DNA from: Candidatus Electrothrix sp. GW3-4
GTDB lineage: Bacteria; Desulfobacterota; Desulfobulbia; Desulfobulbales; Desulfobulbaceae
Length of the DNA: 32,000 bases
Reading direction: 5' to 3'
NCBI RefSeq assembly: GCF_037902255.1
Contig: NZ_CP147990.1
Span: forward strand, 4,610,692 to 4,642,691
Made by a program: the position numbers and the translations under genes. This document shows positions 1 through 8,655 of this stretch, piece after piece (the stretch's first letter is position 1; each line of letters begins with the position of its first letter). The notes beneath the pieces were generated by a model. That model saw only the letters and a program-made list of their open reading frames with translations. It searched no databases and was not told the origin of the DNA.

Positions 1-639
1 TGTGTTCGTCACCGCTATAGAACCCTGGAGGCCTACACGAGGATGTTTGCCCGCTTTAAATTGCGCTATGATCCCATGTTTGCCGACTTACCGGATATGC
101 TCGTCCGGGGACAGCAGGGACAGGGGGGGATCAGGACGGTTATTGATATCGGCTGTGGTTACGGGGTACCAGCCTGCTGGTGCCTTGAGCAATACCCAGG
201 TGCTGAGGTCTTTGGCATTGATCCTGATCCTGAGCGGGTACGCTCTGCCACCATCGCCTTTGCCGGACAAGGTAGGGCTGTCTGCGGCTATGCCCCGGAA
301 CTCCCGTCCACTCCTGGCCCGGCCGATCTGGTCCTCCTGCTGGATATGTTTCATTACCTGGATGATGAAACCGCAGCAACGGTACTGCGCAAGAGCTTCC
401 AAGCCCTTGGTGAAAACGGTATCCTGGTAACTCGCTTTGTTATCCGCCCTCCTGGTCGGCTCTCTTGGAGCTGGTATCTGGAAGATTGGCGGATTAGGTC
501 TGGAGGAGGTCAAGCCTATTATCGGCCTGCGGACAGGATGGCGGCATTCATGCGCCAAGCTGGCTTTACGGTGGTGTATAATGAGGTGTCAGCGGTGAAC
601 CGGGAGCTGGTCTGGATGGTGGGGCGAAAAGGGAGCTGA
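1..639 (+). CDS. Class I SAM-dependent methyltransferase. The first ATG is at 43, but the frame is open to the left window edge, so the gene may be 5'-partial.
   Basis: Glycine-rich SAM-binding motif VIDIGCGYGVPA, followed by an acidic loop (FGIDPD) and LLLDMFHYL. The frame has no stop between nt 1 and 43. Confidence 0.75.
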   Translation, partial: CVRHRYRTLEAYTRMFARFKLRYDPMFADLPDMLVRGQQGQGGIRTVIDIGCGYGVPACWCLEQYPGAEVFGIDPDPERVRSATIAFAGQGRAVCGYAPELPSTPGPADLVLLLDMFHYLDDETAATVLRKSFQALGENGILVTRFVIRPPGRLSWSWYLEDWRIRSGGGQAYYRPADRMAAFMRQAGFTVVYNEVSAVNRELVWMVGRKGS

Positions 640-655
640 GTTGCTTAGAGGTACA

Positions 656-1387
656 TCATGTCTTTCGTTTGTTCGATTTCTTTCTGATGGTCTCAATCAC
701 CGTTTTTGCCAGCAACGGAAAAAGACCGAGCAGGGCAAAGGAGAAGAGCAGGCCCGGCGATAAGATGCCGCCAGCTGACTCAATCTTGCCGAGCTGAGTC
801 CCTGCATTGACATAGACCAAGGTCCCCGGCACCATACCAATCTGGCTGACCAGATAAAAGACCCGAGTGCGGATGGAGGTTAAGCCCATGATCAGATTGA
901 TAATGAAGAAGGGGAAAACGGGCACCAGACGTAAGGAGAAAAGATAGAAGGCCCCGTCCTGTTCGATACCCTTATTGATGGCAGCGAGTTTTTCTCCGAA
1001 GCGCTGCTGGATGGTATCCCGGAAGAGGAAACGGGCCCCCAGAAAGGCAAGAGTGGCCCCGATGGTGCTGGCAAAAGAGACCAGCAGAAAGCCGAGCCAA
1101 AGGCCGAACAGGGCCCCACCGCCCAGGCTCATAATCAGGGCACCAGGCAGGGAAAGGGCCGTGATCAGGATATAGAGGAGCATGTAACCTGCAATGGTGA
1201 GCAGCTGATGTTCTCTGTAGAAATCCTGCAGGATCTGACGGCTGGATTTGAGTGAAGCTAAGCTTAGGTATTGTTGTCCATCAAAGACAATGAAAAGAAC
1301 AGCAAGAGTTGCTATAATTAACAGGAGGGTGACTCTGCCGTGTATTTTTTTGTCCTGTGGTGGTTTCGTAGCAGGGGAGATAATCAT
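656..1387 (-). CDS. TVP38/TMEM64 family (DedA superfamily) integral membrane protein
   Basis: 243 aa with multiple hydrophobic helices. Family-typical segment RLVPVFPFFIINLIMGLTSI, plus GxxxG-rich helices. ATG start. Confidence 0.8.
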   Translation of the reverse strand: MIISPATKPPQDKKIHGRVTLLLIIATLAVLFIVFDGQQYLSLASLKSSRQILQDFYREHQLLTIAGYMLLYILITALSLPGALIMSLGGGALFGLWLGFLLVSFASTIGATLAFLGARFLFRDTIQQRFGEKLAAINKGIEQDGAFYLFSLRLVPVFPFFIINLIMGLTSIRTRVFYLVSQIGMVPGTLVYVNAGTQLGKIESAGGILSPGLLFSFALLGLFPLLAKTVIETIRKKSNKRKT

Positions 1388-1658
1388 ATTTTTTTATTGG
1401 TTCTCCGTAACCTCATCTCTTTTTTCTTGTCTGTTCAGTATATGAAGTTTTTTAGCATGGAACACGAGGCGATGGCAATCAGATTGGAAGCGAAAAAGAT
1501 CAGATATGGCAAGGTGCAGGAGGGAAAATTTCCTTGTGTTTTCCTTTGCCCTCTTGATTTTCTTCGCAAAAATAAGAAGTAATAAAAATTACCCTTCCCT
1601 CCAGCGACGTCTCTGGACCTTCATTACTGTAAAAAATATTATAAAAACGTATAAAAAC

Positions 1659-1856
1659 ATGAGCTCATCAAATGAAGCCTGGGAGCACTTGGGAGAACTG
1701 GATGAAGAGGATGCAATGCACGTCCTGATCCGCCTCTTCTCCATGTATGAAGAGGAGGAACAGCGTCATCCCGGTGACAAAGCTACATCTCTTTTTTTTA
1801 GAAATCTGATAACCGCCCTCGGGCAAACCTCTGCATGTAACCTGAATAGACGATAA
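1659..1856 (+). CDS. Small acidic hypothetical protein (65 aa), translationally coupled to plsY
   Basis: The internal ATG at 1659 of the 1506..1856 ORF gives MSSSNEAWEHLGELDEEDAMHV.... Its stop overlaps the plsY start (TAATG at 1854-1858). No clear Shine-Dalgarno; a TATAAA box lies a few nt upstream of the ATG. Confidence 0.4.
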   Translation: MSSSNEAWEHLGELDEEDAMHVLIRLFSMYEEEEQRHPGDKATSLFFRNLITALGQTSACNLNRR

Positions 1857-2461
1857 TGCATTTCTCCCATTTCTTTTTTATTATAGTTTCCTATCTCATT
1901 GGTGCGATCCCCTTTGGTCTTCTGTTGTCCCGTGGCCAGGGGGTGAATATCCGTGAGCAGGGCAGCAAAAATATCGGTGCGACCAATGTTTCCCGCCTGC
2001 TGGGCAAGAAACTCGGTTTCCTGACCTTTCTCCTTGATTGCGCAAAAGGGTATCTCCCCATGTTTTTTGCCGGGCTGTTGCTTGGTGATACTCCGAATCG
2101 CCATGTGGTGGTCGCCCTCTGCGGTGCTGCTGCTGTGCTCGGGCATATGTTTCCGGTCTATCTTGGCTTGAAAGGAGGGAAAGGTGTGGCAACTGGCCTG
2201 GGGGTTTTCCTCTATCTGGCTCCCAAAGTAGTGCTCATCAGCTTAGCGGTTTTTATCGCCACGGTTGCTGCCACTGGCTTTGTTTCGCTTGGATCTTTGT
2301 TGTCCTCAGCGACGGTCTTGCCTTGTTTGTATCTTTTCGCAGAGCCGACGTGGAAGTTTTTCCTTGCCAGCTTTATTGTTGTCATGATCTGGATCAAACA
2401 TTATGAGAATATCGGGCGCTTGTTGAAAGGGAATGAGAAGAGTTTTAAGAAAAAGAAGTGA
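1856..2461 (+). CDS. plsY: Glycerol-3-phosphate acyltransferase PlsY (acyl-phosphate dependent)
   Basis: Motifs GSKNIGATNVSR and HMFPVYLGLKGGKGVATGLG; about 200 aa polytopic membrane protein. Confidence 0.92.
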   Translation: MHFSHFFFIIVSYLIGAIPFGLLLSRGQGVNIREQGSKNIGATNVSRLLGKKLGFLTFLLDCAKGYLPMFFAGLLLGDTPNRHVVVALCGAAAVLGHMFPVYLGLKGGKGVATGLGVFLYLAPKVVLISLAVFIATVAATGFVSLGSLLSSATVLPCLYLFAEPTWKFFLASFIVVMIWIKHYENIGRLLKGNEKSFKKKK

Positions 2462-2517
2462 GCCCTACTGAGGTGGTGCCCTGATCTGGCTGTAGGGTCG
2501 TTGTAATTCCTGGTTTA

Positions 2518-3315
2518 TTAGAGATTCGTTTTGTCCCTGCTCTGCTTTTTTCTGATGTGCGCAAGAAAGCTCCAGGAATGAATGTCGCATTGCAGAAGGT
2601 ACTTGGAGTAGCTGTATAAGACATAAAGGCATTCGGAGGCAACGTTTTCAGGCATTTGTAAGCGGTGCACTTGCCGGGTTGCCATGCCTTGAGCTGTTTG
2701 GAGGAACTTGAGACTTTGCAGCGAAAGGGTGAAACGAGAATAGCCTGCATTGTCGCTGCAGCGGCTGCAAATAAGGGTGCCGTTACCAGGTTGAAGGGCG
2801 AAGCTTAGTTTCCTATTTTTAGCTGGCAAGCAGGAGCAGATGGCGCAATGCTCCAGTTTGGGGCGATAACCACTGGCGTTGAGCAGGTGAAGATGGAAAA
2901 AGACAGCCGTGGGCAGGGGAGACGCTCCGTGGTGAAGGGATTCCAGGAGCCAATGGAGTAAGGAAAAAATCCGACGGTCTGGGTCATGCTCCCCGGTAAA
3001 ACGGAGGACGAGTTCATTGGCCAGCATTGCCACACAATACCGTTGCCAATGGGTCCTGAGGGTGAGGAAGGCTTCTTTTAACTCTGCCTCACTGAGAAAA
3101 TGGAGGTTGTTATGTCTGGCTGGACGAAAGCTGATATCAAGCAGGGAAAACTCTTCCAGTTTATTGACAAAGCGTTTTTGCGAACGTTTGGCCCCCTTGG
3201 CAATGGCGGCGAATCGGCCTCTGTCGGGGCTGTACAGGGTGACAATCCTGTCTGATTCGCCAAAGTCAACATTTTTTAGGACGATACATTCGGTACGGCA
3301 GTTTTGATACGGCAA
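2518..3315 (-). CDS. recO: DNA repair/recombination protein RecO
   Basis: N-terminal OB-fold signature (ECIVLKNVDFGESDRIVTLYSPDRGRFAAIAKGAKRSQKRF) and a C-terminal Cys cluster (CAICSC...CSRC). The start codon as tracked is TTG. Confidence 0.9.
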   Translation of the reverse strand: MPYQNCRTECIVLKNVDFGESDRIVTLYSPDRGRFAAIAKGAKRSQKRFVNKLEEFSLLDISFRPARHNNLHFLSEAELKEAFLTLRTHWQRYCVAMLANELVLRFTGEHDPDRRIFSLLHWLLESLHHGASPLPTAVFFHLHLLNASGYRPKLEHCAICSCLPAKNRKLSFALQPGNGTLICSRCSDNAGYSRFTLSLQSLKFLQTAQGMATRQVHRLQMPENVASECLYVLYSYSKYLLQCDIHSWSFLAHIRKKQSRDKTNL

Positions 3316-3324
3316 ACTGGTTAC

Positions 3325-4029
3325 TCAGAGGGTGGTGTCCTGTTCCGCAGTCTTGTTATCAGCCTCGTCTTCAGGGGCTTGCTCTGGTGCAGGGAGAGCC
3401 TCTGCAACAGGCGCTTCGACAACTTCTTCTGGTGTATCTCCTGCGGGGATGCGCGCCTCTGCATAAGGGCCTAGTTCAAGCTGGGCCGGAGGAACGACCG
3501 CTGTCGCGGTGCTGATTGGAGCTGGCTCCTGTTCGAGAAAATAGGCAAAGGGGTTCCAGCCCGTATACCAGCTGAACAGGGCAAGAAAGGTTGCAATCAG
3601 TAAAAGAAGGGTGATGGCCCAAGTCGCGGATGAAATATGGGTCGGTTCAGCGAGTTTCTTGGTTGATAATCCTTTTCCCTGCTGATTGAATTGTTTTCTT
3701 TCTCTGCCTGTTAAATGTTGGGCACGTTCTTCAAAAAATAAACGCGCTGCCTCTGTCCCGTCAAGGCCAAGGAAATGAGCATAAATGATGATCTGGCCGC
3801 GAATAAAGGTGTCTGCTGGCAGCTCATTATAGTTGCCAAGTTCAATAGAGGTCAGGTTGGAAGAGGAGATATTTGTTGCTCGCGAGATATCATGGATTGT
3901 CATGGCCTTTTTTTCGCGCACCTGCCGCAAGAGCTTGCCGATCGGAAGATTCTCATTTTCCTGTTGGGGAGTGTGCTCTTCCAGGGGGTCTCTGGTCTCT
4001 TGTGAAACACTGGTTTCTTGCTTGGTCAT
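3325..4029 (-). CDS. RodZ-like helix-turn-helix membrane protein
   Basis: Xre-type HTH (MTIHDISRATNISSSNLTSIELGNY) followed by one TM helix (WAITLLLLIATFLALFSWY) and a Pro/Ala/Glu-rich tail. The ATG at 4029 is preferred over the TTG at 4032. Confidence 0.75.
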   Translation of the reverse strand: MTKQETSVSQETRDPLEEHTPQQENENLPIGKLLRQVREKKAMTIHDISRATNISSSNLTSIELGNYNELPADTFIRGQIIIYAHFLGLDGTEAARLFFEERAQHLTGRERKQFNQQGKGLSTKKLAEPTHISSATWAITLLLLIATFLALFSWYTGWNPFAYFLEQEPAPISTATAVVPPAQLELGPYAEARIPAGDTPEEVVEAPVAEALPAPEQAPEDEADNKTAEQDTTL

Positions 4030-4049
4030 CAACTGTTTGTTGTTTAAAT

Positions 4050-5060
4050 TTATTGGATTTTTTCTGGCGATGAGAGGATCTTAATATATGCCTCACTTCG
4101 TATTTTCTTCAGCCATTTTTTGTAGCGTTCTTCTGCTTCCTGTTTATACAGTTTATTGCGAATTTCCTCTTTAAGATTTTCGTCAAGCACGCGTTCTTTG
4201 TTTTCCTCTTCCTGTCCCTTGGACAAGAGCAGGAAAAACATGTAGCTGTCAGGACGTTCGATGATCGGGCTGATTTCTCCAGGTTGCAGTGCAGTTACTG
4301 CGTCCCGCATGTACGCAGCCATTTCGTCCTTCTTGAAAAGTCCCAGGTCTCCATCGTCGGCCGCAGAGGGTAAATTTGAGTACTGACGGACGAGTTTTTT
4401 GAAGTCTTGGCCTTTGTTGGCAAGCTCATACGCAGCCTCAACCTGTTTGCGGGCATCTTTTTTCGCTGCTGGCAATCCTGCGCTCTTGGCCGGATCAGCC
4501 CAAGAGACACCAAGCTGTAAAAGGTAATACCCCTCTGTTCTGGCTTGGTTGCTATATTGCTGTTCAAAGTATCTCTGTATTTCTTCGTCAGGGATAACGA
4601 CTTTGGAGCGTACCTCGTAATTAATCAGCTTGCTGCGCAGGATCTGTTCGCGAAGGGTCTCGCGGTATTGGGCTTTAGTCAAGCCCATTTTTTTTAGTTC
4701 CTCCCTGAACTCTTCGTTAGAGAAGTCATTTCGTTGCAGCACCTGCTCCAGGGCGCGATCAACTTCTGCGTCAGCAACGGAGATATTGAGGGCAACTGCT
4801 TGTTGTGTGAGCAGCTTATTCTCAATGAGCTGCGTTATAATCTTTTGTCGTGCCTGATTGAGCACTTCTTCGCGCTGCTCCGGTGGGACTTCCTTGGTGA
4901 TTTTCTGGAAAATCGCTTCGCCGAGTTTGTTGACATCAGAACGTGTGATGACATCTTCGTTGACAACAGCGACACTGGAATCAATGATCTCTGCTTTGCT
5001 AAGTGGAACATGGGTGACGAGTAAAAAGGTCAGTAATAGATACAACCAGTGCATTTTCAT
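4050..5060 (-). CDS. SurA-like periplasmic chaperone / parvulin-type peptidyl-prolyl isomerase
   Basis: Signal peptide MKMHWLYLLLTFLLVTHVPLSKA from the internal ATG at 5060. SurA-N-like helical region, then a parvulin-like segment (DDGDLGLFKKDEMAAYMRDAVTALQPGEISPIIE). Confidence 0.8.
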   Translation of the reverse strand: MKMHWLYLLLTFLLVTHVPLSKAEIIDSSVAVVNEDVITRSDVNKLGEAIFQKITKEVPPEQREEVLNQARQKIITQLIENKLLTQQAVALNISVADAEVDRALEQVLQRNDFSNEEFREELKKMGLTKAQYRETLREQILRSKLINYEVRSKVVIPDEEIQRYFEQQYSNQARTEGYYLLQLGVSWADPAKSAGLPAAKKDARKQVEAAYELANKGQDFKKLVRQYSNLPSAADDGDLGLFKKDEMAAYMRDAVTALQPGEISPIIERPDSYMFFLLLSKGQEEENKERVLDENLKEEIRNKLYKQEAEERYKKWLKKIRSEAYIKILSSPEKIQ

Positions 5061-5325
5061 AAGATACTGAGAGGGTTTTTCTGGTAAAAGAAACGCTAAA
5101 GCGCTGTCAAACCATGTTGGCAGGCATTCGTAGGGCAAACAAGGCCTCCAGAGAATAACATGTAACCATTACACAAAACCTTGTAAAGACGCAATGCTTT
5201 TTAGAGGGAGGGTAGGCGAGGAACGGGAAGCCTCAGGGCTGTAGGCGAGGGAATTACTCGGATATGAGTCCAAATGCTGAACCTTTTTCTTTGTAACAGA
5301 GCGATAAATGGGATATGCTTCTTTG

Positions 5326-5353
5326 TTGACAAATTTATGAGGATAGATATAAA
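5326..5353 (+). promoter_or_regulatory. Candidate sigma70 promoter for the TlpA-like gene
   Basis: TTGACA (5326-5331), 16-nt spacer, TATAAA (5348-5353), about 70 nt upstream of the ATG at 5424. Confidence 0.35.
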
Positions 5354-5423
5354 TATTGGTAGAGCAAAAAAAGTCGAGCTGATTATCCCTTACGCGTCAA
5401 AATATATCATGCAGGAGATGTAC

Positions 5424-5993
5424 ATGAATTCAATCATCACGAAAAAGACGTTTATGATCTGTGCCATCATATTGCTGGCTCTGAGTGGTAGGGTGCTGGC
5501 CACACCTATGCCCGACTTTACACTTCCTTCCGCTGTGGATGGAAAAGATATCAGCAGCGACGATTTTAAAGGCAAGGTGCTGTTGGTGACCTTTTTTGCA
5601 ACTTGGTGTCCTCCGTGCCGTCAGGAAATCCCCTCGCTCATCCAGCTTCAGAGGGACTTGTCTGCTAAAGGATTTTCCGTGCTTGGCCTTTCTCTTGATG
5701 AAGGGGGGGCTGATATTGTTAATGAGCTTGTACAACATGATAATATTAATTATCCAGTGTTAATGGCTGACTCTGAGGTCGTGAGTGGTTTTGGTGGTGT
5801 CACGGGGATTCCCACCTCTTTTTTGGTGAGTCATGAGGGCAAGATGGTGCGTACTTATGCTGGCTATGTTCCGCACGAGCTTCTGAAGCAGGATATCGAA
5901 GAAATTATTCCGCAAGAGGTGAAAAAAAGCCAAAGGGCTAGAGGGGGCAAAGCAGGAAAAAAGACCCCAGAACCAGCGAGATCTACTGAATGA
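5424..5993 (+). CDS. TlpA/ResA-family periplasmic thiol-disulfide oxidoreductase (thioredoxin fold)
   Basis: Active-site motif FFATWCPPCRQEIP. Signal/anchor TFMICAIILLALSG. AGGAG lies 6-7 nt upstream of the ATG at 5424. Basic C-terminal tail. Confidence 0.85.
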   Translation: MNSIITKKTFMICAIILLALSGRVLATPMPDFTLPSAVDGKDISSDDFKGKVLLVTFFATWCPPCRQEIPSLIQLQRDLSAKGFSVLGLSLDEGGADIVNELVQHDNINYPVLMADSEVVSGFGGVTGIPTSFLVSHEGKMVRTYAGYVPHELLKQDIEEIIPQEVKKSQRARGGKAGKKTPEPARSTE

Positions 5994-6002
5994 TTTTTCG
6001 TA

Positions 6003-6031
6003 TTGACAAGACGTTGAGAACCGTTTACAGT
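6003..6031 (+). promoter_or_regulatory. Candidate sigma70 promoter for the small secreted-protein gene
   Basis: TTGACA (6003-6008), 17-nt spacer, TACAGT (6026-6031). Confidence 0.4.
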
Positions 6032-6079
6032 ACAGATTATTAATATTTTTAATTTAATAATGCATTTCAGGAGATTATC

Positions 6080-6292
6080 ATGAAAAAAGTACTTGCAGTC
6101 CTAATGGTAACAGCCTTTGCTTTTTGTGTTGGTACAGCTTTCGCTAAAACGGAAAAATGTACTGTGAAAACAGTCGCGGTTGAAGGCGAAAAGGCTACTG
6201 TAACCATGGAATGTGAAAAGGATGCTGAGCTGAAAGAAGGCGATACCGTAAAGGTTAGAGCTCAAAAGAAAAAAGTCGTTGAAGGTTGCTAA
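6080..6292 (+). CDS. Small secreted protein (70 aa precursor, 3 Cys in the mature part), function unknown
   Basis: AGGAG RBS. Signal peptide MKKVLAVLMVTAFAFCVGTAFA. The mature part is Lys/Glu/Val-rich and ends in Cys. A strong terminator follows. Confidence 0.6.
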   Translation: MKKVLAVLMVTAFAFCVGTAFAKTEKCTVKTVAVEGEKATVTMECEKDAELKEGDTVKVRAQKKKVVEGC

Positions 6293-6345
6293 ATTTTAGA
6301 AAGGTCTTTCTATTGTAATACAACGAGATCTTTTGTTTTTTTTGT

Positions 6346-6387
6346 AAAAGCCGGCCGCGTTCATGCGCTGCCGGCTTTTCTGTTTTT
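6346..6387 (+). terminator. Rho-independent terminator
   Basis: Perfect 10-bp stem AAAAGCCGGC (6346-6355) / GCCGGCTTTT (6370-6379), followed by a T-rich run. Confidence 0.8.
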
Positions 6388-6456
6388 ATCAGGAACTCCA
6401 AGGCACCTCCTTTTCCAGTTGAGAATATGGGTGGTCTTTAACAGAAAGAGAATATT

Positions 6457-7149
6457 ATGGATCCGCAGACGCTCCCCGCTGAAGCTCAGGAGCTTTATCA
6501 GAGAATCAAGCAGCAGTATCGTGTCGCTTTTGAAGCGTTGAAGCTCGATGATGAGCTTCAGCTCCACCTCTTGAAAATTACCGATATTGAGCAGATGCTG
6601 GCAGGCAAGGACCCGCTGAAAAATCCCTCGGAATTTCCTTTTTGGGTGCGCCTTTGGGAGGCGGCTGTTGTCCTGTCTCGTCTCATGGTGAACGTACGTC
6701 CTGCCCCTGGGGCAACAGTACTTGAGCTTGGTGCGGGGCTTGGTGCTCCAGGTTTGACAGCAGCAGCCTTAGGCTGTTCTGTCACTCTGACTGATTACGA
6801 GGAGATAATTCTTGATTTTGGCAGGGTTAGTGCTGCAGCTTCAAAGCTCGATCAAGTGCAGTTTTCCCTTTTAGATTGGCTTGATCCACCGGAAATGGAG
6901 CGCTATGACATCGTCCTTGGAGCAGAAGTGCTTTTTCGGGAGGAGTTTTTTCAGCCCCTGCTCTCTGTTCTCCGCCGGGCCGTAAAGCCGGATGGGGTTG
7001 TCTATCTTGCCCATGATTTGAAGAGGAAGTCGGTTTATCCTTTTCTCCAATTGGCGGAAAAAGAGTATGTCATCTCTGCCTCAAAACGCGTCTTAAAAAG
7101 TTTGGAGCAGGATAAAGAGATCCTGCTGACGCGTTTGACTCCCCGGTGA
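6457..7149 (+). CDS. Class I SAM-dependent methyltransferase (lysine-methyltransferase-like, Methyltransf_16-type)
   Basis: WEAAVVLSRLMV...GATVLELGAGLGAPGLTAAALGCSVTLTDY, then VLGAEVLF. Confidence 0.75.
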   Translation: MDPQTLPAEAQELYQRIKQQYRVAFEALKLDDELQLHLLKITDIEQMLAGKDPLKNPSEFPFWVRLWEAAVVLSRLMVNVRPAPGATVLELGAGLGAPGLTAAALGCSVTLTDYEEIILDFGRVSAAASKLDQVQFSLLDWLDPPEMERYDIVLGAEVLFREEFFQPLLSVLRRAVKPDGVVYLAHDLKRKSVYPFLQLAEKEYVISASKRVLKSLEQDKEILLTRLTPR

Positions 7150-7177
7150 GCCTTTTTTCTTCTTTTTTTTCTCCGCT

Positions 7178-7852
7178 GTGTACCCTGTCAGCTTAAATAT
7201 TGCCGGAAAACTCTGTGTTGTTGTGGGGGGCGGCAATGTGGCCGCACGGAAAGTCCTTTCTCTGCTCAAGGCCCAGGCTTCTGTGCGAATTATCAGTCCG
7301 CAACTGACTGAGGCCTTGTCAGGACAGGTAGCGAATGCTGCTGTTGATTGGTGGGGCAGGGGCTATCAGAGTGGGGATCTTGACGGGGCTCTGCTGGTGT
7401 TCGCTGCTACCGATAATCGGCAAGTTCAGGATGCTGTTGTCCGGGATGCGCAGAAGGCAGGTCTCCTGATCAATGTGGCTGATGCCCCAGAGCTCTGCGA
7501 TTTTCAGGTGCCAGCGGTTGTTCGAAGAGACAATTTAAGCATAGCCGTCTCCACCAATGGGGCAAGTCCAGCCTTGGCTGGAAAAATTCGCCAGGAGTTG
7601 GAAGAAAGATACGGAGAGGAGTACGCTGTTTTGTTGCGCCTGATGGCTCGCCTGAGAGCGCGAATTTGCAACGATGCTTCTTCAGAAGGAGGCGATCGGA
7701 GAAGGGTATTCCAAAATATCCTCCATGAGGATATAATTCAGTGGATACGAGGTGGGCAGTGGGAGCGCATAGCACAGCACCTTGATACCGTCCTTGGCCC
7801 TGGTAGACATTTTGATCTCAGTGAACTCAGAGAAAGAGAGATAACACCCTGA
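7178..7852 (+). CDS. Precorrin-2 dehydrogenase / sirohydrochlorin ferrochelatase (SirC / CysG N-terminal-type)
   Basis: Rossmann motif GKLCVVVGGGNVAARKV; about 220 aa. GTG start. Stop overlaps the next start (TGATG). Confidence 0.85.
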   Translation: MYPVSLNIAGKLCVVVGGGNVAARKVLSLLKAQASVRIISPQLTEALSGQVANAAVDWWGRGYQSGDLDGALLVFAATDNRQVQDAVVRDAQKAGLLINVADAPELCDFQVPAVVRRDNLSIAVSTNGASPALAGKIRQELEERYGEEYAVLLRLMARLRARICNDASSEGGDRRRVFQNILHEDIIQWIRGGQWERIAQHLDTVLGPGRHFDLSELREREITP

Positions 7853-8652
7853 TGAGCTACCTGCTTTTTCAAACCAGCTTTGCAGCCTATCTTGCTGCTG
7901 CTGTCGTTTATACAGTCTTCTTTTGGAGCCAGAAGAACCGGATAAGAAATGTTGCACGCATTGTCTTTGTCGGAGCGGCTTCTCTGCATACTCTTAATAT
8001 CCTTTTTCGCTATATTGAGGCCGGGCATACTCCTATTACCAGTATTCATGAGACCGTTTCTTTCTTTGCCTGGTCAATAGCTTGGTGCCATCTTTCTTTT
8101 CGCTGGCGCTATACGGTCAAGAATTCCGGTACCTTTACCGCAATTATTGTCCTCCTCCTGATGCTGGCAGCCTCATTAGCCTCCCGGGAGATTCTTCCAT
8201 TACCGCCTGAGTTGCGGTCCTGGTGGCTTCCTATTCATGCCTCTATTTCTATTATAGCCGCAGCCTTTCTGACCTTGGCCGCGATCGGAGGAATCATGTA
8301 TCTGCTTCAGGAGCGGGAGCTGAAACAGAAGCGGTTTGGTTTCTTTTTCTCGCGTCTGCCCTCACTGGATACCCTGGATAAACTGAATCAGCACTGCATC
8401 AGTATAGGTTTTCCCTTGATGACGGTGGGGATGTTTGCCGGGTATGCCTGGGCCCGCCAGATATGGGGTGGTCGTCCTTGGCATTGGAATCCAAAGATTA
8501 TCATGTCCGTGATAACATGGTTGCTGTATGCGGGGCTTATGCATCAGCGTTTCACGATGGGATGGCGGGGCCGTCGGGCCGCCTGGATAACCGTTATCGC
8601 TTTTTTTGCAGTGTTGCTGACACTCTGGTTTATGTTAAGAGAAGGAGTGTAA
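7852..8652 (+). CDS. Cytochrome c assembly family membrane protein (CcsA/HemX-like) linked to hemA
   Basis: Polytopic membrane protein with Trp-rich motif YAWARQIWGGRPWHWNPKI. It sits immediately upstream of hemA, as HemX does in hemAX-type operons. Confidence 0.8.
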   Translation: MSYLLFQTSFAAYLAAAVVYTVFFWSQKNRIRNVARIVFVGAASLHTLNILFRYIEAGHTPITSIHETVSFFAWSIAWCHLSFRWRYTVKNSGTFTAIIVLLLMLAASLASREILPLPPELRSWWLPIHASISIIAAAFLTLAAIGGIMYLLQERELKQKRFGFFFSRLPSLDTLDKLNQHCISIGFPLMTVGMFAGYAWARQIWGGRPWHWNPKIIMSVITWLLYAGLMHQRFTMGWRGRRAAWITVIAFFAVLLTLWFMLREGV

Positions 8653-8655
8653 GGC

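Noticed and set aside
2-430. 142-aa ORF in an alternative frame at the left edge
   Set aside because: It overlaps the methyltransferase frame, which carries a clear SAM-binding motif. The alternative frame has no motifs.
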